Part shown: piece by piece, positions 39,646-53,766 of the stretch
Layout of the letters: each line of letters starts with the position of its first letter
Position numbering within the stretch: position 1 is the stretch's first letter
Assembly: GCF_009914755.1 (NCBI RefSeq)
Contig: NC_060936.1
Direction: 5' to 3' (one strand)
Length of the DNA stretch: 64,000 nt
DNA from: the human T2T-CHM13v2.0 reference genome, Homo sapiens
The notes under the pieces: model-generated
Databases searched by the model: none
The model's input: the letters and a program-made list of their open reading frames with translations, nothing else
Told to the model about the DNA's origin: nothing
Translations under genes and position numbers: made by a program

Positions 39646-40872
39646 AGAACCTTCAATTCCTTACTCAAGTTGACTCTTTCAAATGACTCAAGTGTATCAA
39701 CCTCTGGTTCTTCAGAATCATCACTGATTTTATGGAAAATAACATGAAAGCTGGTATATAAAAGGGTTATAAAGATGTCGCCTTATAGATGGAGCTCTGT
39801 CTTTTTTCAGAATGAGAAGCTACACGCAGTTGCCCTTCTTAACACACCATATTATGAGATTTCATTTTTGTACCATAATTATATAATTTAGACTGGTCCC
39901 TCTGATGAACTGTTTTAACAGCATATTTTTATGTTCCTGAGGCATGTGTCAATGGTTCTTTGTATTTACTGGAATACTGAGTGATGACCTAGTATTCAGT
40001 TTCTAAGTATATTTGTTTGCATAGCAGTTTTCCAGCTATAATATTCAGAAATTCAAACGTCCCAAGTTCACCATTACAATTATATTGTTAGTAATCTTTT
40101 CTTTTATGATGAAAAGGTGCATTTGACTGATGACAAAAGAGCTTATTAATTTTTCTGCATGTGAAAGCTTTGACTTCCTATTAGAAAGCTTAATATCGTG
40201 GCTCTTCCAAACTTGTTGGTAGTCATCATCCTTCTTTAGGCTTATTTTTGGAGTTGGATAAGATATGCTTCATTACAAACTGTAGCAGTGGTGTCTGCCT
40301 TTTAACTTCAAGAAAATTGCAACCAACATGATTCCAACAGTTAAAACCCAAACTTATCTTTTTGCTGTTTGTTTAACTTTGTTGTTGAAGGCAACATTTG
40401 CTCAAATTGGCAGGAATTCTGTTCAACTCATTTTTCTTGGCCAAATATGTCAGCAGTTCTCCATTTTGTCCTTCAATTATTCCCCATACTTGAAAGACAT
40501 AAAGCCAACTGGCAGTTGTGTGTCTGGTTATTTTCCCATTGCAAGGCTTAGTAGTCTCTCACAAAAATAGAAACCCAGACAGCAACTTTTAACATCTCAT
40601 TCATATGTCAGTATGGAAACTGAAGGTTTTACCTTAAACTCCCAGAAAGCAAGCACTATGGTTATATTTACAAATGTAATACTCAAACACCAAGTTGATT
40701 TTTGAAGATTTGATCAACTAGTCAGTTATTTAGTTCATACCCTGTCAGACAGATAACCATTACAAATGTTATTTATCCAACTAATTGAACTCTAAATTGA
40801 CTACATAGACAGGTTCTTTTCATAATATAGATAGCCAGAATATTATATTAAACTGACAATAGAATACTACAA

Positions 40873-41302
40873 TGTAAGAATAGTAAAGATAGGCTAACTG
40901 ATATAAAAAACAATTCCAAAATCTCAGTGACTTAGCACAGTGAAAATATTTCACTCAGTCACATTTCAATGAGAGTGGATTGTTGGAGAAAGGCGAGTCA
41001 CGTGTCACTCCATTCAGTTATTGGGGGACCTGGGCTCCTTTCCTCTTGGGCCCTCCCTTTTTCTGGATCCATGGAGCCCTCTCTCTTAAGCTAAAGATAG
41101 GAAAAAAGCTCAAGAGTTATAAAGGGGAGTATTTTTAGGTTCGGATCTGAATTGCATTACATCACTTTCACACACATTCTATTGTTCAGAATTCGGCCAC
41201 ATGGATCTCCTAATTGCCAGGCAAGCTGGAAACTGTGGTTTCAGCTATGTGCCCAAGAAGAATGGAAACTAGTTTGGTAAATGCTTAGCACTGTTTGCCA
41301 CA
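40873..41302 (-). mobile_element. MLT1 (J/K-like) LTR
   Basis: caattccaaaatctcagtgacttag...cacattctattgttcagaattcggccacatgg...tgccaca. Confidence 0.75.
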
Positions 41303-44300
41303 AATGGCACCATACAAAGATGGGACTTTCTTACATATTATTTGTTTACATTGTTGGGATGGTGGTAGAAATAATGATTGTGAAAATGACCAGTGCCAAG
41401 AAAGTCTATCAGGTTGGAATATGAAGAAAATGATACCCACACTTCAGATTCACTGACAAACTATTGAGAAAAGTGTATTAAATAAATTAATTTATTTGGC
41501 TTATAATACATTCTCATCTGTCTGGAATCTTGTTCTCTAAGTTTTTAGCATAGTTGCTAGAAACCTTATTTCTCCTTCTCAGCTTTTAATGCATTTCTTT
41601 CCTTTGTAGCACAAACGAGTATTATCTACAATATATTATCTGCAATAATGCTTCATGTGTATATAGCACTTTAACCTTCACATTTTCTAAAATCTATATA
41701 AAATTTGGGAAATAGATATCATTATCCTTGTTTAAAGGAAGATTCAATCATAGATCAGCATCACAGAATCTAACAGAGTAGGAAGACAAGCTTGGAACTC
41801 ACTAAGGTACAGTTTCTAGAATTCAGTTTGTCTTTTTTTTTTTTTAAATATGGCTCCTCTTATCAGCGTTTACACTGTAAGAACAGGGAAATAAAAGGAA
41901 GTAAACATCAAATTCACTAGTCCATTATACCTCTATTTTCTAGATCTAGTAAGTAAACATGAAGAATTTTTATTGGCTAAATTAAGATTGGAGGCTTATT
42001 TGTATTTTTTTCCTTCTATAAACAGTCTTATAGTGGTAGTGATACAGTGATTATAAGATGACACTGTTCCCCTCAAAATCTTCTTGTTCATATGCAAAAA
42101 GAAGGTAATTTTCCAGAAGCATCAAGGAAAAAATCATTTTAAATATTTTGTTCAATTCAGTCTTTAAGACCCCCAAAACCTAAGTAAATAGTTTGGATCA
42201 GCATTTACATTTAATATTCCACTTTACTCCTTTGAGGATCACCTATTTATGGTTTGGAAGAGAACACACAAGGAGCATTCAAATTTAATACTGCAAGAAA
42301 CATTTTCTGAAAGTAAGTCTACTCACCAGATCTCTCACTGAAACGTAACATTTTTGTAGATGTAAAAGTATTTATCATTTTAATTTTGGGGGGAACACAT
42401 TCTCATCTTGCAACAAAAGACTTGCAAATTGATTCTTACTTGGGTGGAAATAAAGATGCTTACCATCAATAGGGGAATTAGATTAAAAAGGATATAGGGA
42501 GAAATTGTCTTCAGGCCTACTCAATGTGAGATGGGTTTCAGCTGCACCCAACAGCAGTAGTCTAAAACAAACATGATAAGAAACAGAAAAAGGAAGGAAA
42601 ACTTGGACTACATTACTGCCCACACACAGAACTGCAATGGAAAGAATCACCAGACTCATTGGCATCTGACAGCTGGGAATCAGCAAGTGCTTTCTTGTTC
42701 ATGTTTTCTTTAAAGACTGTTTTTCTTATCCCACATTCTAAAATTATGAACATATTAATCAAAAGAATTTGTGTTATTTGCATTCATAAAGAGATAGTAT
42801 GGAAAGAAATAAAAGCAGTAAATAAACATTAGAAGGAAGGTTACATTTCTTTTGTCATTGTTATTAAAAATTATGTACAGTATATTATAAAATAAAAGCT
42901 ATAATGCAGGAAATCTTTTTTTATCAATTAGTAATATGTCATATATGTTTCTTCTTTAAGTAAAAAGGGAATCTGATATATTCACTTATCTGTAATAATA
43001 AATTTTATATGTTTAAATATTAGTGACTGATAACTATAGTGTTTAATAATGTAATGGAATTTTTTGTATTAAATTGCAAATATAGGTTTTTTCTGCTTTG
43101 TATTTCTCCCAGAAAATAGCATTGAACATTTCACATAGCAAAACTCAATACATAGTTGTTATAATCAATAATAATCAACATAAGAATAATAACAGTGACT
43201 GTGCCTTGGACAGTCATTCTCTTTTCAATCTAATGGTTTCAAGGCCAATTCATCATTTGGAGACTTGTATAGATCAAGATGTTATATCTAAAAGTTTTAA
43301 AACTCATTTGGATTCTATTAACATGTCAAAAGCTTTGTTTTTAGGAAGTTTTTAATTTCAACAAATATTTGTCTTAGAAAAAAATAAACAAATAAAAATA
43401 CAATTTTATTATAAAAATATTTGTTATGTTAATATATACTACTGACTATAACTTGTTTCCGTCAAAAACCCCTGGAGAACAAGAAGAATGCCATCTCAAG
43501 AAATGCTGCTACATGTCATTGAGAATGGCAAAGTAAGGACATACAAAAACATCTCCTTCATAAAAGCAACAAGAACTCTGACAAAAACAGTTGAATTTTA
43601 CTCTTTCAGAACTCTAGAAATTAACCAAAGGCTTCCAACAATCTCAAGATCATTTACTCAAGTAAAACAGCTAAATCTCAGTAAGAACAGTGAACTCTGT
43701 GGTGTGTATTTTGTCCTAGTCCCATCCCAGTTCCCCAGTCCTTTGAGAGCCTTAAAAACCAAGCCCCATGCAGTCATGGTGAAAGCCCGCAGCCTCGCAG
43801 ACATGGGACAGTAAAAAAAAAAAAAAAAAAAAAAGGGCTGGAAGGTGTTCTTCTTCCCAGAAAACTGTCATTTCATCTATTGGTAGTCCCCTGAATAATC
43901 CCACTCAAAATCTTGTCTTTTTTTGTCCTTTTATATAATTAATGCACGAGCATGGAAATATTCAAAAGTCTTATCTTTATTTGACCCAACTCAGAACTCT
44001 ACCAGTGTGAACAGCCTTTTTCCTACGGCATTTGTCAAAAACAATCAGTAGCAGTAGTTTAACATTATAACTGCTTGAAGTTTTGATAACACATGGTGCA
44101 AAACAAGTGGAACAAAACATCCAAAAAGAACTTGGGGAATGAAATGTCCATGGGAGGTTTTAAAAAGTTCTGAAATATTTCCCAGAATCCAGAGAGCCAC
44201 TTATAAACTGGTTTATGTACATGCCCAGGAAAGACCTAAGAAGACCCTATGTTCTCACTTCTGGGTGAGTTTGAGGCCTTGTGTAATCAGGAAGTTGGAA

Positions 44301-45307
44301 CTAAGAGAGTTGTAAACTGCCTGCCTGACATTGAAGGCAAGCCCCACCACACACACTGACTCCCTTAGCAAAGCCTAGGAGACTTATTGGTTTCAGGTAT
44401 TTAAGTAAATCTCCATCTAATTATTAGCTGATCACTAATGAGTAAAGATTTTAGTGGCCACACATGACAAAGAATACAGATATTACAGAATTAGTTCAGA
44501 AATGAATTAAACAAATGAAACATAGAACAACAGCAACAGAAACGAACCCTAGGGATAGGAGAAATCTGATTTCCAGAGATTCCACATTGTACCAACTCAA
44601 ATGTCCAGTTCTCAATAATTATTACAGGACATGCTGAGAAACAAGAAAATATAGGCTATATACAAGAGTGAAATGATAGGATAGAAACTCTATGTGAAGA
44701 ATATCAGATGTTGGATATACTAGAAAAGATGTTGTCTATAAATAGCTATTTTAAATATTTTCAGAATGCTACCTGACATAAACAATGTCTCATCAAATAG
44801 AAATTATCAATACAGAGATAGGATTGTTTAAAAAGAAACAGAAGGTTCTGAGTTGGAAAGTACAATAACTGAAATGAAAACTTTAGTAGGGGGACTCAGT
44901 AGAAGGTTCAACTGGCAGAAGGATCAGTAAACTTGAAGGTAGATTAATCAAGATTATCCAGCCTGAAGAACAGGAAGAAAGAAGAGTGAAGAAAAATTAA
45001 TAGAGCTTCAGAGTCCTATGGGACACTATCAAGTATATCAATATATGTACAATGAGAGTCAAAACAGAGAGGTGGTAGAGAAAAGACATAAATAAAATTT
45101 GAAAAATTAAGCCAAATCTTCCAAATCTGATGGCAAACATTAGTCTACACATCCAAGAAGCACACGTAAATCAAAGTAGAATAAACTCCAAGAGATCTAT
45201 ACTTAAAAATCTCAGAAGCAAACTGCGAAAAGCCAAAGCCAAAGCAATAACCATGAAAGCATCAAGAGAGAAGAAGCTCAACACATACAAAGAATCCTCA
45301 ATAGTAT

Positions 45308-45673
45308 TGCTATGATTTGAATATTTGCATCCCCTCCAAAATTCATGCTCAAACTTAATCTCCAGTGCAACAGTATTAAAAGGTGAAGTAAAAGCTGGAG
45401 TCTTTTAGGAGGTGATATTGGCCATTAAGGCTTTGTCCTCATTATGGAATTAGTGCCTTATGTAAAAACTGGAGGGAACTAGTTTGTCCTTTTTTGCCCT
45501 TTCATTTTTTTCACCATGTGAGGATGTGGCAACAAGGCCCTCACCAGACATCAAATGCCAGTACATTGATCTTGGACTTCTCAGCCTCCAGAGCTGTGAG
45601 AAATACATTTCTATTTTTTACAAATTATCCAATATCAGATATCTTGTTACAGCAGCATTAGCAGACTAAGCCA
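45308..45673 (+). mobile_element. MaLR solo LTR (MSTC/MSTD-like)
   Basis: tgctatgatttgaatatttgcatcccctccaaaattcatg...ttgttacagcagcattagcagactaagcca. Confidence 0.88.
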
Positions 45674-45910
45674 AGATAATTAAATGAGAAACTAAGTTAA
45701 TTTCTGATTAAAAAAATCATGGAGGCCTAAAGGTATTGAAATGACATTCTCAAAGTGAATAAAGAAAAAACTGTCAACCAAGTATTCTCCATATGGTAAT
45801 ACTGTCCTTCAAAAAAAGAGGGAAGAATTAAGACATTCCCATATAATCAAACACTGAGAGACTTTGTCATTAGAAGACCTACCCTATAAGAGATACTAAA
45901 GGTAGTTCTT

Positions 45911-46524
45911 TTTTTTTGTTTTTATATACTTTAAGTTCTGAGGTACATGTGCAGAATGTGCAGTTTTGTTACATAGGTATACACATGCTATGGTGGTTTG
46001 CTGCACCCATCAACCCATCACCTACATTAGGAATTTCTCCTAATGCTATCCCTCCCCTAGCCCCCAAGCTTCCCACAGGCCCAGTGTGTGATGTTCCCCT
46101 CCCTGTGTCCATGTGTTCTCATTGTTCAACTCCCACTTGTGAGTGAGAACATATGGTGTTTGGTTATCTGTTATTGTGTTAGTTTGCTGAGAATGATGGT
46201 TTCCAGCTTCATCTATGTCCCTGCAAAGGACATGAACTTATCCTTTTTTGTGGCTGCATAGTATTCCATGGTGTATGTGTGCCACATTTTCTTTATCCTG
46301 TCTATCAATGCTTTTACACTGTTGGTGGGAGTGTAAATTAGTTCAACCATTGTGGAAGACAGTGTGGCAATTCCTCAAGGATCTAGAATTAGAAATACCA
46401 TTTGACCCAGCAACCCCATTACAGGGTATATATCCAAAGGAATATAAATAATTCTACTATAAAGACACATGCACATGTATGTTTATTGCAGCACTATTCA
46501 CAATAGCAAAGACTTGGAACTAAC
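45911..46524 (-). mobile_element. L1PA (about L1PA7) with 5' inversion (inverted part ~46308-46524)
   Basis: 15-bp TSD CTAAAGGTAGTTCTT at 45896-45910 and 46525-46539; strand switch at ~46307. Confidence 0.95.
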
Positions 46525-47631
46525 CTAAAGGTAGTTCTTAAGGCTAAAATGAAATTATTCTAAACAGTAACTCATATCCATATGCAGAGATAAAGAGAAC
46601 CAAACAGATTGCATAAGTAGATATAAAAGACAGTATAGATGAATTTTTTGTTTCTAATATTTTTCCTGTTTGATTTAAAAGACAATGGTATAAAAAAAGC
46701 AATAATTATAAATCCGTGCTGATGGGCATACTGTGTATAAAGATACAATTTGCACAGCAACAATAGATAAATAAAAGAAGAGGAAATGGGACTGTATAAG
46801 AGCAAAGTTTTTACAAAATATTGAGATTAAGTAGACATTAAACTAGGTTATTATAAATTTAGTATTAATAATCCTACAAAAATAGATAGCAAAAGAAACT
46901 ACACAGGAATTAAAATAGTACATTAGAAAAATCCTATTTAACACAAAAGAAAGCAGTAATAGAGTAATGAACAGAAATTACATAAGACATATATAAAAAA
47001 ATTAAAACATAGCAGCCATATATCCTACTTTATCAGTTATTACATTAAGTTTAAATAGATTAAACCTCTACTTAAAAGCAGAGACCATTAGAATGAATAG
47101 AAAACATAATTCAACTACATGCTGACTACAACAGACGTATTTTAAAATTCAAAGACAGAATTAGATTGAAAGTAAAAGGATAGAAAAAGATATATCATAC
47201 AAGCAGTAACTAAAAGAGAACTGGAATAACATACTACTATCAGATAAAATAGACTTAAAACTATTATTTTAAAAAGGATTAATTAAATAATTATAATTTA
47301 ACTTTAATAATTAAAAATTATTTACAAAAAGGATATTTTATGAAAAAAGGGTCAATCCATAAAGAAGATATGATTATTATAAATATGTATGCAATCATAA
47401 TGATCAAGAGCCTCAAAATACATGAAGCAAAACTGATAGAACTGAAGGAGAAATATACAATTCAACAATAATAGGTGAAGACTCCAATACCTCACTTTCA
47501 ATAATGAATAGAACAACTAGACACAATATTAACGAAACAGAAGACTTGAACAACACTATAAATCAGATGGACCTAAATTATATTTATAGAACACTCCACA
47601 GAACAACAGCAGAATATACATTCTTCACAAG

Positions 47632-48229
47632 TCCTTTGGACCAGGTTCACCATGAGCCATTTACTAATTCCAGAGGAGAACTCCTACTACATGGAGAATA
47701 ACAAAGATCATCGCAATGCCAACCACCAGAACTAAAAGTTGAAACACTTCTGTACACTACATCTTGGGCTGTAATTTTTATCACTTGCAGAAGTCCAGTG
47801 AGACAGAACACTCATACAAATTAAGAAAAGCAATTCAGTTACTCACAGGTATGTAGCAAGGGACAGCAGAAGCTATGAATTACGGCAAGCCAGTCCCTAC
47901 GTCTCGGAAAAGCTGCCCAGGGTGGTGAAAGCTGCCCAGGGTGGTGGACTGAGTCTCTGCAAGTGCCTCACATCTCACTGCAACTGAGGAACCCCAAAAA
48001 CACTCTGCTCTGTTTTTTATACTACAGAGACAACTTAGATTACTGTGCTAAAACATTGTAGGACATCCTGTTCTAGGAGGAACAGAAATAGAGCCCAGAT
48101 TGTTCCAAACAGTTTCTCCTTATCTCAGGATGCTGTGTTCTCGGCACATTCTATAGCTATTCCGAAAATTACAAGTGAGATGGCGGAAAGAGCTGGGCCA
48201 GCCAAGGTTAGCCAGAGCCCTGTCCTGCA
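47632..48229 (-). mobile_element. MER74-like (ERVL) solo LTR
   Basis: The reverse complement begins TGCAGGACA...GGCTAACCTTGGCTGGCCCAGC...CATCCTGAGATAAGGAG; a 19-bp tandem duplication sits at 47909-47946. Confidence 0.75.
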
Positions 48230-48546
48230 AATCAACATGAGGCATTCTCCAGGACAGACTACATATTAGTCCACAAAACCAATCTCAATAACTTTAAAAT
48301 AACTGAAATTAAACAAAGTATGTTTTATGACCACAATGGAATGAAATTAGAAATTAATAGTAGAAGGAAAGTGAGCAAATTCATTAATAAGCAAAAGTGA
48401 AACAACGTAATCCTAAACAACCAATTGATCAGAGAAGACACCACAAGGGAAATTAGAATGTACATTGAGATTAAAAACTAGTACAGACACAAAACACTAA
48501 AGTGTATGGAATGCAAACAAAGCAGTGTTTAGAAGGAAATTTATAG

Positions 48547-48777
48547 TTCTAGATCCTTGAGGAATTGCCACACTGTCTTCCACAATGGTTGAACTAGTTT
48601 ACAGTCCCACCAACAGTGTAAAAGTGTTCCTATTTCTCCACATCCTCTCCAGCACCTGTTGTTTCCTGACTTTTTAATGATCGCCATTCTAACTGGTGTG
48701 AGATGGTATCTCATTGTGGTTTTGATTTGCATTTATCCGATGACCAGTGATGTAAGAACTTAAAGTATAATAAAAAA
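48547..48777 (+). mobile_element. Miniature twin-primed L1PA (about L1PA4/5): ~205 bp inverted segment plus ~25 bp tail
   Basis: 16-bp TSD AGAAGGAAATTTATAG at 48531-48546 and 48778-48793. Confidence 0.93.
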
Positions 48778-48840
48778 AGAAGGAAATTTATAGCTATAAA
48801 CATATATTTTTAAAATATAAACCCCCAAATTAACAATCTA

Positions 48841-51499
48841 TTAACATATGCAAGTCAATAAACGTGATACACTACATAAACAGAATTAAAAACAAAAAAT
48901 CACATGATCATCTCAATAGACACAGAAAAAGCATTTGACAAAATCCAGGATCCCTTTATGATTAAAACCCTCAGCAAAATTGGCATAGAAGGTGTGATGG
49001 TTAATACTGAATGTCAACTTGATGGGATTGAAGGATGCAAAGTATTGTTCCTGGGTGTGTCTGTGAGAGTGTTGCCAAAGGAGATTAACATTTGAGTCAG
49101 TGGACTGGGAGAGACAGGTCTACCCACAACCTGGGTGGGCACCATCTAATCAGCTGCCAGCGCAGCTAGAATAAGGCAGGCAGAAGGATGTGGAAGGACT
49201 AGACTTGCTGAGTCTTCCAGTCTTCATCTTTCTCCCTTGCTGGATGCTCCCTGCCCTCAAACATAAGACTCCAAGTTCTTTGGCTTTTGGACTCATGGAC
49301 TTACACCAGTGGCTGGCCAGGGACTCTCGGGCCTGTGGCCACAGACTGAAGGCTGAACTGTCAACTTCTCTACTTTTGACGTTTTGGGACTCGGACTGAT
49401 CCACCACTAGCTTCCTTGCTCCTCATCTTGCAGATGGCCTATCGTGGGACTTCACCTTGTGATTGTGTGAGTCAATTCTCCTTAATAAACTCCCTTTCAT
49501 ATATACATATATCCTATTAGTTCTGTCCTTCCAGAGAAACCTGATTAATACAGAAGGGACATACCTTAATGAAATAAAAGCCATCTATGACAAACCAACA
49601 GCCAACATAATACCGAAAGGAAAAGAATTGAAAGCATTCCCCTTGAGAACTGGAACAAGACAAGGCTTCCCACTCTTACCACTCGTCTTCAACACGGTAC
49701 TGGAAATTCTAGCCATAGCAATTTGACAAGAGAAAGAAATAAAGGACATTCAAATCGGTAAAGAAGAAGTCAAACCATCATTGTTTGCTGATGATATAAT
49801 TGTACAACTAGAAAACCCTAAAAACTCCTCCAAAAAGCTCCTAGAACTGATAAATGAATTCAGCAAAGTTTCAGGATACAAAATTAATGTACACAAATCA
49901 GTAGCTCTGCTATACACCAACAGCGACCAAGCAGAGAATCAAATCAAGAACTCAAATCCTTTTACAATAGCTGCAAAAAAAATAAAATACTTAGGAATAT
50001 ACCCAACCAAGGATGTGAAAGACCTCTACAAGGAAAACTACAAAACACTGCTGAAAGAAATCATGGATGACACAAACAAATGGAAACAGATCCCATGCTC
50101 ATGGATGGGTAGAATCAACATTGTGAAAATGGCCTTACTGCCAAGAGAAATCTACAAATTCAATGCCATTCTTATCAAAATACCACTATCATTCTTCACT
50201 AAACTAGAAAAAAAATCCTAAAATTCATACGGAACCAAAAAAGAGCCCTTATAGCCAAAGCGAGACTAAGCAAAGAGAACAAATCTGGAGGCATCACATT
50301 GTCTGATTTCAAGCTATACTATACGGCCATAGTCAGCAAAACAGCATTGTACTGGTACAAAAATAGGCACATAGACCAATGTAACAGAATAGAGAACCCA
50401 GAAATAAATCCAAATACTTACAGCCAACTGATCTTCAACAAAGCAAACAAAAACATAAAGTAGGAAAAGGACACTCTATTTAACAAATGGTGCTTGGATA
50501 ATTGGCAAGCCACATGTAGAAAAATTAAACTGGATCCTCATCTCTCACCTTACACAAAAATCAACTCAAGATGGATCAAAGACTTAAATCTAAGACCTGA
50601 ATCCATAAAAATTCTAGAAGATAACATCAGAAAAACCCTTCTAGACATTGGCTTAGGCAAAGACTTCATGACCAAGAACCCAAAAGCAAATGCAACAAAA
50701 ACAAAGATAAATAGATGGGACTTAATTAAACTTAAAGGCTTCTGCACAGCAAAAGAAACAATCAGCAGAGTAAACAGACAACCCACAGAGTGGGAGGAAA
50801 TCTTCACAATCTATACATCTGACAAACAACTTATATCTAGAATCTACAAGGAACTCAAACAAATTAGCAAGAAAAAACCGAACAATCCCATCAAAAAGTG
50901 GGCTAAGAACATGAACAGACAATTCTCAAAAGAAATACAAATGTCCAACAAACATATGAAACAATGCTCAACATCATTAATGATCAGGGAAATGCGAATC
51001 AAAACTATAATGAAATATCACCGTACTCCTGCAAAAATGGCCATAATAAAAAAAATCACAAAATAATAGATGTTGTCAGGGATGTGGTGAAAAGGAACAC
51101 TTTTACACTGCTGGTGGGAATGTAAACTAGTACAACCACTATGGAAAAGTGTAAAGATTCCTTAAAGAACTAAAAGTAGAACTGCATCTGATCCAGCAAT
51201 CCCACTATTTTCCAAGAGGAAAAGAAATCATTATATAAAAAAGATACTTGCGCATGCAAGTTTATAACAGCACAATTCGCAATTGCAAAAATATGGAAAC
51301 AGCCCAAATGCCCATCAATCAACAAGTGGATAAATATAATTTCTTTATCCACCAGCGGGAAGGGAGGAAGGGGGACAAGGATTGGAAAACTACCTATTGA
51401 GTACCATGTTCACTACTTGAGGGATGTGTTTACTAGAAACTCAAATTCCAGCATTAAGCAATAGATCAATGTAATAAACATGCACATGTAAAAAAAAAA
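48841..51499 (+). mobile_element. 5'-truncated L1PB (L1PB1-like), interrupted by MLT2
   Basis: ORFs 49781-50221 (FADDII...YLGI) and 50494-51066 are ORF2 RT and C-terminal pieces; L1PB-type 3' UTR and A tail. Confidence 0.92.
48993..49552 (+). mobile_element. MLT2A (MLT2A2-like) HERV-L solo LTR
   Basis: tgtgatggttaatactga...ctgattaataca, 560 bp; TSD GAAGG at 48988-48992 and 49553-49557. Confidence 0.95.
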
Positions 51500-51645
51500 C
51501 AACATAACCTTCCACCTTAAGAAAATGGAAAAAGAAAAACAAAGTAAACTCAAAGCAAGCAGAAAAAGATAAGAGCAGAAATGAATGAAATAAAGAATAG
51601 AAAGATAATAGAGAAGATCGAGAAAACGAGTTAGTTCTTTGAAAG

Positions 51646-52339
51646 TGAGAAGTCGGGGTAATAGCCAAAAACCTTTGTATCATTTTTGAAGGCAGACACC
51701 ACAGGGAAAGGCTTTTACTGGCAGGCCTAAAGGGAGAAAGCTGCCCCCTTGCCTCCCCAGATTTTGTGCACAGTTGGTGCATTGCCATCTCTGATGAGAG
51801 TTACAGTCAAGAACTAAGACCTCGCTGACCTGTCATGCTCTTACATATGTCAGCATTCCTGGACTAGGCCCCCATTCAGAGGTCTCTTTATTTGGAGCCA
51901 TAGCAGAGGCCTTCTTTGGGTACCTCTGCAGAGATTCCTTATTGGGGAAAGGAGGAAGGAAACACTAAAGATACTTTTTTTCACTCTGACTGAATACTCA
52001 ATACTTTTCCACTCCAAGTCCTTTTCCCTTGCTTTCACCTGGCTCCTGGGTCCATAAAACTGAAAGAAGCTTTTGTTCCGGGTTCTCTCAATATTGAGAT
52101 CATCTTGACATCTGTGCAGATCCATCTGACAACTGACCAGTGCCATTCAGTGGGAGGAAATAAACTGGGGCTGGGTAAGGGGGTCAGGAATCAGTGCTTT
52201 CTCTGGTTTAGTGTCTTGATCAATACTATTGCAGTAAGTGATTAAAGGCTTAACTATTAATATTACATTTATTTTGCTTAATGTCTTAACTGGCTACTCT
52301 AGCAGCTCACTTCTCCGCAGCTCATCTCAGTTCCTAAGA
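51646..52339 (+). mobile_element. ERVL-type solo LTR (MER70-like)
   Basis: ~690 bp GC-richer block interrupting L1 ORF2, starting TG, with cataaaa and attaaa signals and a near-TSD gaaag/aaaag. Confidence 0.65.
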
Positions 52340-53766
52340 AAAAGCACATCAAAACTGAAAACCCTTTAGCTAGACTGACCAAGAAAAAAAAGAGAGTACT
52401 CAGTTTATTAAAATCAGGTATGAAAGAGGGAGCATTACTACTGACATTATAAAATTTTTTTAAAAAGGATTATAGGAGAATACAATCAATAATTGTATAT
52501 CAACAAATTGGATAACCTAGGTGAAATGGACAAATTCCTGGAAAGGTACAAGCTACTAAAAATGACTCAAGAAGAAATTAAAAATATGAATAGAACTATA
52601 ACAAATAAGACATTAAATCCACAATAAAAAAATTTCCCACAAAGAAAAGCCCAGAATCAGAAGGCTTCACCAGTGAACTCTACCTAATGTTTAAAGGACA
52701 ATTAACAGCAATATTTCTCAAAATCTTCTAAAAAATGTAAGAGGAAAGAACACTTTCCAACTCCTTTCACAAGGCCCGTATTAAACTGATATCAAAAACA
52801 AAGACATCACAAGAAAAGCAAACTGCAGACAACATTCTTTATGGATATAGACGCAAACTCTCAACAAAATAATAGAAAACGAATCTACCAACACACGAAA
52901 AGGATTATGCAATATGACTAAGTAGGATTTATCCCAGGAATGCAAGTTTGGTTCAACATATGAAAATCAATCAATGTAATATACCAATTAGTAGATTGTT
53001 ATAATCATAATATATACCTTAAAAAGCATTTGACAAAATTCAACTCCAATTTATAATAAAAAACACTCAACACACTAGAAACAGAAGGAAATTTTCTCAA
53101 TCTGATAAAGAAATTGTATAAACCTATAGCAAAATGTCATATTTAATGGTGAAATACTGAATACTTTCTCCTAGGATTAAAAACAAGGCAAAGATATCCA
53201 CTGTCACCACTTCCATTTAGTATTTTACTGGAAGTTTTAGCCAGGGTAATTAATCAAGAAAAAGGAAAGGAAGTCTCCCATAGTGGAAAGGAAGAAGTAA
53301 AAGTACAGATTGGGCATCTCTAAGGCAAAAATCCAAAATCCAAATGTACTAAAATCCAAAACTTTTTCAGTAGCAACATGATGCCACAAGTGGAAGTATT
53401 CACACCTCATCTCCTGTGATGGATCACAGTCAAAATGCAGGCACATAACACACAGTTTATTTAGCATCCCCAAGGGACGCTCCCAGCCCTCTTCCCTTGT
53501 AATATGTCTTTTACAGGCTTGTTCAGATTTCCTCATGCAAGCACACCCACAGAGGGTAATACGATAGCAGGAGTGTCGGTTAGAAGTACCAACAGTAGGT
53601 TCCTCATAATGGCCCGAGTGGAGCTAAAACCTACATACATTAATCACTGTGTTTCTGTTGTTGTTGTTTTGCTTATTCTCTGCTCTGTGGTGAAAAGATA
53701 ATGCTGAAAATGTCAAAAAGGCCTGTCAATACCCATATGGGTAACAATAATAAGAAAAAGAGAAAG

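Noticed and set aside
49781-51066. 146-aa and 190-aa ORFs with RT and C-terminal motifs
   Set aside because: These are pieces of a truncated, interrupted L1PB ORF2.
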